NCBI GenBank assembly: GCA_028275775.1
Contig: JAPWTZ010000006.1
Coordinates: 1-28,023 of the forward strand
DNA: 28,023 bases
Direction of reading: 5' to 3'
Source of the DNA: Candidatus Nanopusillus sp.
GTDB lineage: Archaea > Nanobdellota > Nanobdellia > Nanobdellales > Nanobdellaceae
In this document: in pieces, positions 17,712-25,800 of the stretch
Position numbering within the stretch: the first letter of the stretch is position 1
Layout: every line of letters starts with the position of its first letter
The notes under the pieces: model-generated
Database searches by the model: none
What the model was told of the DNA's origin: nothing
Seen by the model: the letters and a program-made list of their open reading frames with translations, nothing else
Program-made: the position numbers and the translations under genes

Positions 17712-18905
17712 AAAAAGATATATCCATCTCCAAATCAAAACCAATCTAAAACATTAGATGAATTAGTAGGAAGAAAAGAATTAGAGGAAGCCATAGCAGC
17801 ATATACATATTATCTATCTACAAAGGGTCATGTGCTCAAAGCAGTATCAGAAGATATACCACAAGCGTTACCACCATTAAAAGAAATAATAAAAAACCTG
17901 GATGAATTTGGCGAATGTAAAAGTTTTTTAACTAATGATCAAGAAGCTCTCCAAAAGTGTACAGATGAATATAACTTTAAGGATGGCTTACTTGGAGGTA
18001 TTTGGGAATATACTATATGGAAGCATACACCAGAACAAATTAAAGAATTTACAAAAGGTTTAGAAACTCTAGCAAAAGGAGGCAAACAAGTAATAAAGGA
18101 TTTATATAAGCGATACCAGCAATATAAAACTACTCCAATACCTGAAGAAGATATAGATCCTAGGGTACTTGAAATAATACCTGAGGTTAGGGCTATTGAA
18201 TCTCTTGTACTTCGATATTTAGAGAATCCCGAAGATTATAAAAAACGAGTTAGTAAATATTTGGGAAAAAGACAATATCTATCTATAATAAAACAAGCAT
18301 TCTCAACGTTACCAAAATTTATCAAATATTTAGGAAAAAAATCGGAAGTGGAGGCAAAAGAAGAAGTAAAAGCATATGAAGAATTAAAAGAAGCAGCAGA
18401 AAACTATACTCTTTACGCAGATTATATGAGAGATGCACTCGATATAGTATCAGAACATATACCAAAAGCTTTACCATCATTAGTAACATTAATAGAAAAC
18501 TTAAGAGAATGGGACAAAAGTAATCTTTTAACTAATGATCAAGAAGCTCTCAAAGAATATGCAGATAAATATTACTTTATGGCTTACTTCATGGGAAGTA
18601 TTCTAGAATGGTGGGTATCAAAATGGAATATTCCACCAGAAGAAATTGAGGGATTCACAAAAGGTTTAGAAACTCTAGCAAAAGGAGGCAAAGAAATAAT
18701 AGATGACCTATATAGACATTATAAAGAAGTAAATAAATTGGCATTAGAAGAGATATCAAAAATTTATCAAACTATAAATATATATAGACTAAGAGAAGCA
18801 CGTGCAAGTGCGGCTGGAACTATTGAATATCTTCTAGTAAATTATTTTAGGAATCCTAAAGAGCATGAAGATCAACTTATGAAATACGCGGGAATGAAGC
18901 ATTAA
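17709..18905 (+). CDS. Orphan alpha-helical protein, cassette B, built from two tandem ~175-aa repeats
   Basis: 398-aa ATG ORF. Residues ~23-189 align with ~224-398. Shared blocks include IPQALPPL/IPKALPSL, LTNDQEAL in both, FTKGLETLAKGGK in both, and NPEDYKKRVSKYLGKR/NPKEHEDQLMKYAGMK. No family recognised. Confidence 0.75.
   Translation: MKKIYPSPNQNQSKTLDELVGRKELEEAIAAYTYYLSTKGHVLKAVSEDIPQALPPLKEIIKNLDEFGECKSFLTNDQEALQKCTDEYNFKDGLLGGIWEYTIWKHTPEQIKEFTKGLETLAKGGKQVIKDLYKRYQQYKTTPIPEEDIDPRVLEIIPEVRAIESLVLRYLENPEDYKKRVSKYLGKRQYLSIIKQAFSTLPKFIKYLGKKSEVEAKEEVKAYEELKEAAENYTLYADYMRDALDIVSEHIPKALPSLVTLIENLREWDKSNLLTNDQEALKEYADKYYFMAYFMGSILEWWVSKWNIPPEEIEGFTKGLETLAKGGKEIIDDLYRHYKEVNKLALEEISKIYQTINIYRLREARASAAGTIEYLLVNYFRNPKEHEDQLMKYAGMKH
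17775..18902 (+). repeat. Intragenic tandem duplication, with units at ~17775-18275 and ~18378-18902 and a period of 600-606 nt
   Basis: The units are generally diverged at the DNA level. Two patches are perfectly identical: 17926-17951 = 18526-18551 (26 nt) and 18051-18086 = 18657-18692 (36 nt). Confidence 0.85.
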
Positions 18906-18985
18906 GATAGACTGACATAGCAGCATGTAGATTATATTGTGACTGTAAAACAGAAAAGCAAAGTACATAAGACTTCTTGTAAAAT

Positions 18986-19016
18986 CTTTTTTATTTAATT
19001 TTTATTTAATGACTAA
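18986..19016 (+). terminator. Conserved oligo-T 3' flank of cassette B (cttttttatttaatttttatttaatgactaa)
   Basis: 29/31 identical to 17580-17610. It overlaps the 3' end of the convergent gene 19006..19422. Confidence 0.4.
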
Positions 19017-19422
19017 ATAAAGAGAAAAGTCCACTTAATATACCACCACTTTCAACTATTTTGCATGGTAAAACTGCTTCATATTGATTACCATTTACAA
19101 TATAATATACCCTTACATATGCATTTCCTATAATAATATTGTTATTTATATTACATGCATTCATAGATCCATAATTTATATTTCCTAAATTACATGATGA
19201 ATTTTCATAGAAATTATATACCGTTACATTTTCCAGATTTTGTTTTGCAGTAATTATAATAAGAGATGTTCCATTTGCATATTGACAACTATATGTAAAA
19301 TATTCTAAATATGGAGGTAAATATGATGTTACATAATATGTATATATTGCATATAGTACAACCAATATAAAAGCTGCGATACCAACCCAGATTACAAATT
19401 TTGGTATCTTTGATATATCCAT
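19006..19422 (-). CDS. Small N-terminally membrane-anchored, Cys/Asn-rich, probably extracellular protein
   Basis: MDISKIPKF followed by one TM helix (VIWVGIAAFILVVLYAIYTYYV), 4 Cys, and sequons NGT, NVT and NSS. No family recognised. Confidence 0.6.
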   Translation of the reverse strand: MDISKIPKFVIWVGIAAFILVVLYAIYTYYVTSYLPPYLEYFTYSCQYANGTSLIIITAKQNLENVTVYNFYENSSCNLGNINYGSMNACNINNNIIIGNAYVRVYYIVNGNQYEAVLPCKIVESGGILSGLFSLFSH

Positions 19423-19432
19423 AAAATTATTT

Positions 19433-19684
19433 TTAATCTACATATATATAAACATAGATATATTTATTCCCTCTATCCTCAATCTTCATATTTTTTATAA
19501 TCTCTTCATATTTTTTATCATCTACATCAAATAGATCTGGATATTTATTCAATATATAATCCAACAATAATCTTTTTATCATAATATCACCATTCTTATT
19601 CAAATTTTCAGAATTATATTCATCTAAAATACCTTCTATTATATATTTTGGAATCTTAAATTCATACTCAATATTATATGGCAT
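19433..19684 (-). CDS. Hypothetical small protein (83 aa from the ATG)
   Basis: The track ORF runs to 19741 but begins at TTG. The first ATG is at 19684 (MPYNIEYEF...). No family recognised. Confidence 0.5.
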   Translation of the reverse strand: MPYNIEYEFKIPKYIIEGILDEYNSENLNKNGDIMIKRLLLDYILNKYPDLFDVDDKKYEEIIKNMKIEDRGNKYIYVYIYVD

Positions 19685-19757
19685 GTAAAATCTTACTATT
19701 TTCCAAAATATAAATGATTGCTTTATATTTTTGAATTTCAAAAATGATTATCGAAAA

Positions 19758-20726
19758 TTATTTTCTATTTTGTAAACCTCTAAGCCCTATATATGCAAGC
19801 AAAGCACCTAATTGTATTATTGGATCTGAACCTTCTAATAATCTATATTCTATTTCTCCAGCATAATATATTATATCTAATTTTTCTTTTTCAGGTATAC
19901 TCATTGAATAAACTTCCTTCGATAGATATTTAATTATATCTTCTCCTGCAAGACCATATTTTAACATTAAATCAATTAATTTTTCCCTAGCTTCAGCAAA
20001 TTTTCCTTCATATGCTAATTTTAGTACTTCCTGCAATTCTTGTGGTTTTGCTACAGAAGCAACTTCATATATTAATTCTGGAGTTATATCTTTAGAATAT
20101 AAAGCTGCAGCCTGTAATATATTTATTGATTTTCTCATATCTCCTTCTGAAATATAATATATTGCTTCTAATGCATCATCAGTTATATTTAAACTTTCTT
20201 TTTCAGCTATTGATCTTAATAAATCAAATACATCTTTTTTATCTAATTGTTTAAATCTAAATACAACAGTCCTAGATTGAATTGGTTCTATAATCTTTGA
20301 TGAATAATTACATGCTAATATGAATCTCGTTACTGAAGAATATTCTTCCATTATTCTTCTTAAAGCTTGTTGTGCATCTCTTGTCATTGCATCTGCTTCA
20401 TCCAAAAATACAATTTTAAATGGAACATTTCCAATTGGTTTTGTTCTAGCAAATTCTTTTACCTTTTCCCTTATTACATCAATTCCCCTATCATCTGAAG
20501 CATTTAATTGTAATACATTTTGTTCCCATTTATCACCATATAATTCTCTAGCGAGTGCCAACGCAGCAGTTGTTTTTCCAACACCAGCAGGTCCTGCAAA
20601 TAATAAATGAGGCATATTTTTATTTTCTACAAATGCCTTTAATCTTTTTACTATCTCATCCTGTCCTTTTATATCATCTAATCTTTTTGGTCTATATTTT
20701 TCAGTCCATATTTCATTATCTGACAT
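19758..20726 (-). CDS. rfcS: Replication factor C small subunit
   Basis: Contains [13 protein letters not shown], Walker [35 protein letters not shown], and [11 protein letters not shown]. Confidence 0.95.
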   Translation of the reverse strand: MSDNEIWTEKYRPKRLDDIKGQDEIVKRLKAFVENKNMPHLLFAGPAGVGKTTAALALARELYGDKWEQNVLQLNASDDRGIDVIREKVKEFARTKPIGNVPFKIVFLDEADAMTRDAQQALRRIMEEYSSVTRFILACNYSSKIIEPIQSRTVVFRFKQLDKKDVFDLLRSIAEKESLNITDDALEAIYYISEGDMRKSINILQAAALYSKDITPELIYEVASVAKPQELQEVLKLAYEGKFAEAREKLIDLMLKYGLAGEDIIKYLSKEVYSMSIPEKEKLDIIYYAGEIEYRLLEGSDPIIQLGALLAYIGLRGLQNRK

Positions 20727-20765
20727 AAATTAATAATTTAAATTAAAACTTAAATAAATATTATT

Positions 20766-21425
20766 ATGGACTTTGAATATATAAAACATAATGATTTAAT
20801 AATATATTATAAGGTTTATGATCTTGAATGTTATCCTCCAAAGGAGGATTCTTTTTTATTAAATGATCATATAAAAGAATTTGCTAGAGGTAAAAAAGTA
20901 TTAGATATTGGGTGCGGATCTGGAATTCAAGGTTTGGAAGCATATAAATATACAAAAGATGTTTCTTTTTCAGATATATCTGAAGAATGTTTAAAATTAT
21001 CTAAAATAAACTTTTATATAAATTATATAGATAAAAATTCTGATCTAGATTATTTATATAAAAATATAGATAAAATAAATTTACCGGTAAAATTTTATCT
21101 ATCAGATTTATTTAATAATATAAATGAAAAGTTCGATCTGATATTATTTAATCCACCATATTTACCAGAAGTAAGTTATGAAGGAATAAAAGTAAGAAGA
21201 TGGGTTTCTGGAGGAAAATTTGGATATGAGACAATTGATAAATTTTTATATCAAAGTATAACTAAATTAAATAATTTTGGAGAAATATTAATAATAATGT
21301 CTTCAATAACAAATCCTCAATATATATTAAATAAATATTCAAAATTTTATGATTATAAGATAATAGATAGTATACATATTTTCTTTGAAGATATATTTTT
21401 AATATATTTAAAGAAAAAGTTCTAA
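20766..21425 (+). CDS. HemK/PrmC/Mtq2-like N5-glutamine (release factor) methyltransferase
   Basis: Contains YPPKEDSFLL, the SAM motif LDIGCGSGIQG, and the catalytic LILFNPPYLP (NPPY). Confidence 0.7.
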   Translation: MDFEYIKHNDLIIYYKVYDLECYPPKEDSFLLNDHIKEFARGKKVLDIGCGSGIQGLEAYKYTKDVSFSDISEECLKLSKINFYINYIDKNSDLDYLYKNIDKINLPVKFYLSDLFNNINEKFDLILFNPPYLPEVSYEGIKVRRWVSGGKFGYETIDKFLYQSITKLNNFGEILIIMSSITNPQYILNKYSKFYDYKIIDSIHIFFEDIFLIYLKKKF

Positions 21426-21427
21426 TT

Positions 21428-22189
21428 ATGATAGTTGATGATCATGCCCATTTATTTTTATATAATAATGCAGATGAAAAAATAAAGGAAAATATTGAAA
21501 GAAATGTAAAATATATAATTGAAAATTCTATAGATGTTGAAAGTATAAATAAAGTAATTGAAGAATCAAAAAAATATGATATAATATATTATGCTTTAGG
21601 ACTATATCCTGAAGAAATTGAAAAAATGAATGATAATGATATAGAAAAAATATTTGAATTTATTGAAGAAAATAAAGATAAAAAATTTTTAGCAATTGGA
21701 GAAGTTGGATTGGATTTTTCTAATGTAGATGAAGATAAAATTAGAAAACAAAAAATATATTTTGAAAAATTTTTGGAATTGGCTGATAGATTAAAGAAAC
21801 CTGTAATAATTCATAGTAGAAAAGCTGAAAAAGAAGTATTAGATATATTAACAAGTTATAATAATAAAAAAGTATTGCATACATTTTGGAAACCTTCTTT
21901 AGTAGATAAAGCAATTGAAATAAATTGTTATTTATCAATACCAGCAATTGTTTATAGAGATCCTGGATTTCAAAAAATTGTAAAAGATATACCATTAGAA
22001 TTTATTTTAACTGAAACAGATTCTCCATATTTAGATCCAATAGAAAAAGGTAAAGCAGTAAATAATTCATGGAAGATAATATATTCTTTGGAAAAGATAT
22101 CCGAAATAAAAGATATAGATATGGAAGAATTGGAAGAAATAATATTTAATAACTTTGTTAAGGTATATAATATAAATAATGATGAATAA
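21428..22189 (+). CDS. TatD-family metal-dependent hydrolase/DNase (second paralog)
   Basis: Contains VDDHAHL, GEVGLD, IIHSRKA, LHTF, and TETDSPY. Confidence 0.85.
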   Translation: MIVDDHAHLFLYNNADEKIKENIERNVKYIIENSIDVESINKVIEESKKYDIIYYALGLYPEEIEKMNDNDIEKIFEFIEENKDKKFLAIGEVGLDFSNVDEDKIRKQKIYFEKFLELADRLKKPVIIHSRKAEKEVLDILTSYNNKKVLHTFWKPSLVDKAIEINCYLSIPAIVYRDPGFQKIVKDIPLEFILTETDSPYLDPIEKGKAVNNSWKIIYSLEKISEIKDIDMEELEEIIFNNFVKVYNINNDE

Positions 22190-22226
22190 ATATAGGCTGA
22201 AAAATGATGTAGAACCCGGAAACTGA
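22179..22226 (+). ncRNA. Candidate C/D box sRNA (2'-O-methylation guide)
   Basis: C box AUGAUGA (22179-22185), 11-nt spacer, D' CUGA (22197-22200), 3-nt loop, C' AUGAUGU (22204-22210), 12-nt GC-rich spacer agaacccggaaa (22211-22222), D CUGA (22223-22226). The C box overlaps the last tatD codons and the element ends 4 nt before the xth ATG. Confidence 0.5.
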
Positions 22227-22230
22227 TAAA

Positions 22231-22980
22231 ATGAAAATAATATCATGGAATGTTAATGGATTAAAATCTATAATTCAAAAAGGTTTGATTGATTTTATTA
22301 AAAAATATAATGCAGATTTTTATCTATTTCAAGAAATAAAAACAAAAGAAATACCATTAACTTTCCAATTTCTTGGATATAATGTATATTCATTCCCTGC
22401 AGAGAGAAAAGGATATAGTGGAGTACTAACATTAGCAAAAATAAAACCAAATAATGCAAAATATGGAATTGGAATTGAGAAATTTGATATTGAAGGAAGG
22501 GTTATAACAATGGAATATGATAAATTTTATTTGATAAATGTATATTTTCCAAATGCTGGAGTTGGAACATTAAAAAGATTGGATTTTAAATTAGAATTTG
22601 ATAAAGAATTTGAAAAATATGTACTTTCTTTAAATAAACCATGTATAATTTGTGGAGATTTTAATGTAGCACATAAAGATATTGATATATATGATCCAAT
22701 AAATTTGAGAGGCTATGCAGGATTTACGGATGAGGAAAGACAATGGTTTGATCATTTTTTATCTTTAGGATTTATTGATACATTTAGATATATAAAAGGA
22801 AATATAAGAAAATATAGCTGGTTTTCATATTCAATTATTGCAAGAAAGAAAAATGAAGGATGGAGACTTGACTATTGTGTAGTAAGTAAAGAATTAAAAG
22901 ATAAAATAGTTAATGCAGATATATTAGATAATATATATGGATCTGATCATGTTCCAATATTATTAGAAATAAATATATAA
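22231..22980 (+). CDS. xth: Exodeoxyribonuclease III / AP endonuclease
   Basis: Contains ISWNVNGL, LFQEIK, the GYSGV block, CGDFNVAH, WRLDY, and GSDHVP. Confidence 0.9.
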   Translation: MKIISWNVNGLKSIIQKGLIDFIKKYNADFYLFQEIKTKEIPLTFQFLGYNVYSFPAERKGYSGVLTLAKIKPNNAKYGIGIEKFDIEGRVITMEYDKFYLINVYFPNAGVGTLKRLDFKLEFDKEFEKYVLSLNKPCIICGDFNVAHKDIDIYDPINLRGYAGFTDEERQWFDHFLSLGFIDTFRYIKGNIRKYSWFSYSIIARKKNEGWRLDYCVVSKELKDKIVNADILDNIYGSDHVPILLEINI

Positions 22981-22985
22981 AAAAT

Positions 22986-23000
22986 CATTTAATGAATTTA
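22986..23000 (+). repeat. Left copy of the direct repeat catttaatgaattta flanking the methyltransferase gene
   Basis: 14/15 identical to 23606-23620. Confidence 0.35.
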
Positions 23001-23052
23001 GACAATTTGTATATTTTAAAAGATTTATACATATTATTAATAACACCTTATA

Positions 23053-23586
23053 ATGCCAGGTTTTCGTCACCATCGCTTTGGTCCAAGCTACGTACGTAGT
23101 GATATAGACGAACTAATATTAAGTTACCTACCACAAGGTGGAGTAGCTGCTGATCTTGGATGTGGATCAGGTAGGTTTTGCCAGGTGCTATTAAATAAAG
23201 CTAGCAAGGTTTACTGCGTAGATATAGACGAATATGCCATCAATATGGCAAAAGAAAATACTAAGGATAATAGAGCAGTATTTCTCAATGAAGATGCGTC
23301 ATCAACATCAATACCTGCTAGCTCTGTAGATTTAGTAATAATGGTTAACGCATTCCATGATATGGAAAATAAGGATAAAGTAGTTCTAGAGGTGGGTAGG
23401 ATCCTTAAGCAAGGTGGTCTGGCTTTAATTATAGAGTCTAAACCGGGTTTAGCATCATATGGGCCACCACCATGGTTAAGAATGAGCCCCAATGATATAA
23501 TTAAGTACTTCAATAATCCTCAATTTAAAGTAGAAGGTATAAAGGATTTAGGAGATTTTAACGCTATAGTAATTAAAAAGCTTTGA
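23053..23586 (+). CDS. Class I SAM-dependent methyltransferase (Methyltransf_11/25-like), compositionally foreign
   Basis: Motif I is VAADLGCGSGRF, with an acidic residue at the end of beta-2 (VYCVDID) and a post-I/II pattern (DLVIMVNAFHDM, LKQGGLALI). Hand counts give ~38-45% GC, against ~20% in the flanking genes. It uses TAC, AAG and CGT/CGC codons that are rare elsewhere in the window. Confidence 0.8.
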   Translation: MPGFRHHRFGPSYVRSDIDELILSYLPQGGVAADLGCGSGRFCQVLLNKASKVYCVDIDEYAINMAKENTKDNRAVFLNEDASSTSIPASSVDLVIMVNAFHDMENKDKVVLEVGRILKQGGLALIIESKPGLASYGPPPWLRMSPNDIIKYFNNPQFKVEGIKDLGDFNAIVIKKL

Positions 23587-23605
23587 TTTTTTAGCTATAA
23601 GAATA

Positions 23606-23620
23606 CATTTAATCAATTTA
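23606..23620 (+). repeat. Right copy of the direct repeat catttaatcaattta
   Basis: 14/15 identical to 22986-23000. Confidence 0.35.
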
Positions 23621-23712
23621 TGAGATATTAATAAATCGTCTATATCTATCCATATAAAGAATTAAAAGAATAAAAAATAATTTTTAAGTACAATTTACAT
23701 AAATAATCTATA

Positions 23713-24804
23713 ATGAAAAAAGTAGGTGATGTAGAATTAAGATTAGCAAAAGGACCTGTTCCACATTATAGAGAATTAAAAGAATTAGAAAGAAGTATAG
23801 TAAAAGTAATTATTGAAGAATTTGGAACAGAAGAATTAATAAAAAGATATTCAAATCCATTATGGTTTAATTCTTTAGCATGTTTACTTGGATTTGAATG
23901 GAATTATTCTGGAATGACTACTGTAACACTAAAAGCATTAAAGGAAATATCTATAGAAGATAATTTACCAATAATTGTTTTGGGAGGAAAAGGAAAAAAT
24001 TCAAAAATAACTGAAGAAGTAGAAAATAGAGATATAAAGGATAAATTAAAAGACAAGATAAAGGATATATCAATAACTTCTGCAAAAGTTGATAATTATT
24101 TAATTCAAGATGGATATAATTTATATTTTCATTTTTTAATTTCTGATGAAAAAGGCAATATGACAATTATAAATCAAAAAATGTCAATAAAAGAACAAAA
24201 AGTTAGAAGATTTCATTGGATAAATATAAATTATTTTGATGATTCCCAAATTGGTTTTGGATCAAATACAAAAACATTAAATTTGGCATCAAAAGAATCT
24301 GAAGAATTAAGAAAAAATATTTTAGAAATAATTAATAATGAAAGAATAGAAAAAATAAAAGAATATATAATAAGATTAAAATCGTATCAAAATAAAAATA
24401 ATACTATATTAAAGTATATTAATAAAGAAAACAATGATTATATATTCTATCAAGAATTACCTTACTATTTAAGGATACCTAATAAAATATATTGGAAAGC
24501 ATTGGAAATTAATAGAACTATAGAAAATTTCAAGGATTTATTATTTATAAAAGGTCTTGGACCTGGATTGTTAAGAGCGCTAGCATATACTGCAAAAATA
24601 ATATACGGAAGTGAATTATCATGGAAAGATCCAATAATATATACATTTGCACATGGAACAAAAGCTGGAAAGCCATATTATGTTAAAAGAGCATTAATGT
24701 TAGAAGAAGCAGAATTATTAAAAAATGCAATTGAAGAAGCAAAAGTCAATAATAATTTTAAGTTAAGATCTTTAAGAAAATTAAATGAATTAATAAATAT
24801 ATGA
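23713..24804 (+). CDS. Conserved archaeal protein of unknown function, DUF763-like
   Basis: The N-terminal block (LAKGPVPHYRELKELERSIVKVIIEEFGTEELIKRYSNPLWFNSLACLLGFEWNYSGMTTVTLKALKE) and the C-terminal block (GLGPGLLRALAYTAKIIYGSELSWKDPIIYTFAHGTKAGKPYYV) match my recollection of DUF763/COG1415. The middle is a K/N-rich insert. Confidence 0.65.
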   Translation: MKKVGDVELRLAKGPVPHYRELKELERSIVKVIIEEFGTEELIKRYSNPLWFNSLACLLGFEWNYSGMTTVTLKALKEISIEDNLPIIVLGGKGKNSKITEEVENRDIKDKLKDKIKDISITSAKVDNYLIQDGYNLYFHFLISDEKGNMTIINQKMSIKEQKVRRFHWININYFDDSQIGFGSNTKTLNLASKESEELRKNILEIINNERIEKIKEYIIRLKSYQNKNNTILKYINKENNDYIFYQELPYYLRIPNKIYWKALEINRTIENFKDLLFIKGLGPGLLRALAYTAKIIYGSELSWKDPIIYTFAHGTKAGKPYYVKRALMLEEAELLKNAIEEAKVNNNFKLRSLRKLNELINI

Positions 24805-24839
24805 TAAATTTATAAAATAATGGTGTTATATATTACTAC

Positions 24840-25544
24840 ATGGCTGAAGAAATTTTAAGTGAAGAAGATAAACAAACATTAAAAGAAATGTTTGATAAAG
24901 GTTTGAAGAACCCGGTAGAAATAACTGTATACTTAGATGAAAAAAATAATAAGGAAACTAGTGATTTTGCAAAGAAAATTGGAGAACTATTAATGCAAAT
25001 AAATAATAAGATAAAGTTTGAATTCCTAGATGCATATGATCCAAAAGTAGAGGAAGAAATGAAGAGTAAAAATTTGTTAATAGATAAATATGGAAATAGA
25101 AGAGGACCAATATTTGTATTCAAAAAATATCCAGGAATTATATATTATGGATTGCCATCGGGAGAAGAATTTCCAATATTCTTAGAAGATATAATACATG
25201 TATCAAATGATCATTTTGACATAGATGGAGCTACAGCAAAAAAATTAGCATCAATAAATGAACCAATAGATATATATGTATTTGTAACTCCAACATGTCC
25301 ATATTGTCCATATATGACACATCATTCCCATCAATTTGCAATGGTAAAAAATAATATTAGAGGAATAATGATTGAATCATACGAATTTCCAGAATTTGCT
25401 GAAAAGTTTAAAGTATATGGTGTACCACATATTGCAATAATAGATAAAGATGGAAATGTTTTAACAGAATGGGAGGGGGCTATCGGAGAAATGGAAATAT
25501 TTGCTAATAAAATAAAAGAAAGTTTAGAAAAGGTTTCTAAATAA
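24840..25544 (+). CDS. Protein disulfide oxidoreductase (archaeal PDO, glutaredoxin-like, two thioredoxin-fold units)
   Basis: 234 aa. The C-terminal unit has the CPYC active site (VTPTCPYCPY) and a cis-Pro block (YGVPHIAI). The N-terminal unit has no CxxC. Confidence 0.75.
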   Translation: MAEEILSEEDKQTLKEMFDKGLKNPVEITVYLDEKNNKETSDFAKKIGELLMQINNKIKFEFLDAYDPKVEEEMKSKNLLIDKYGNRRGPIFVFKKYPGIIYYGLPSGEEFPIFLEDIIHVSNDHFDIDGATAKKLASINEPIDIYVFVTPTCPYCPYMTHHSHQFAMVKNNIRGIMIESYEFPEFAEKFKVYGVPHIAIIDKDGNVLTEWEGAIGEMEIFANKIKESLEKVSK

Positions 25545-25584
25545 GTATATTTTTTATAAATTTTAACATATATATTGGATTTTT

Positions 25585-25800
25585 ATGTATAGATTATTTG
25601 ATACAAAAGATGAGCTAATAACAACAATAAGTACTGGAATATATATTTTCCATATATCCGAAGCTTCATATTTTAATATTAAAAACCCAGAAAACTCGAT
25701 TAAAGTAATTGCAAGTATATATGTACCACAAAATCACTATGAAAAAATTATTGAAGATTTAGCAAAATATAACAAAAAATATCAGATTCATATAAATTAG
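25585..25800 (+). CDS. Hypothetical small protein, probably the 5' part of a gene broken at an A6 run
   Basis: 71-aa ATG ORF ending at TAG. The -1 frame is open from 25773 to a TAA at 26022-26024 and has no start codon of its own. Confidence 0.45.
   Translation: MYRLFDTKDELITTISTGIYIFHISEASYFNIKNPENSIKVIASIYVPQNHYEKIIEDLAKYNKKYQIHIN

Noticed and set aside
18906-18985. Relatively GC-rich 80-nt stretch after cassette B, considered as an ncRNA or tRNA half
   Set aside because: I found no C/D or H/ACA boxes, no convincing hairpin, and no tRNA-like stems. It is more likely a 3' UTR or a decayed coding remnant.
19685-19741. TTG-initiated 19-codon extension of the 19433 ORF
   Set aside because: There is no ATG, and the extension would leave only 16 nt to the rfcS stop. 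ATG 19684 is the simpler start, though I cannot exclude the TTG.
23211-23513. 100-aa minus-strand ORF inside the GC-richer methyltransferase gene
   Set aside because: The plus-strand frame carries clear class I SAM-methyltransferase motifs. The antisense ORF is open only because the higher GC content removes stop codons.
5240-25123. Fifteen short antisense track ORFs: 5240-5422(-), 7212-7406(+), 8042-8263(+), 9266-9463(+), 9503-9691(+), 10500-10754(+), 11170-11352(+), 13794-13976(-), 14070-14336(-), 16832-17098(-), 17219-17455(-), 20320-20610(+), 21741-21995(-), 23951-24166(-), 24836-25123(-)
   Set aside because: Each is fully embedded antisense in a longer ORF with recognisable family motifs or better coding character. 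Their translations are L/I/F/Y-rich low-complexity strings expected from stop-poor frames of AT-rich DNA.
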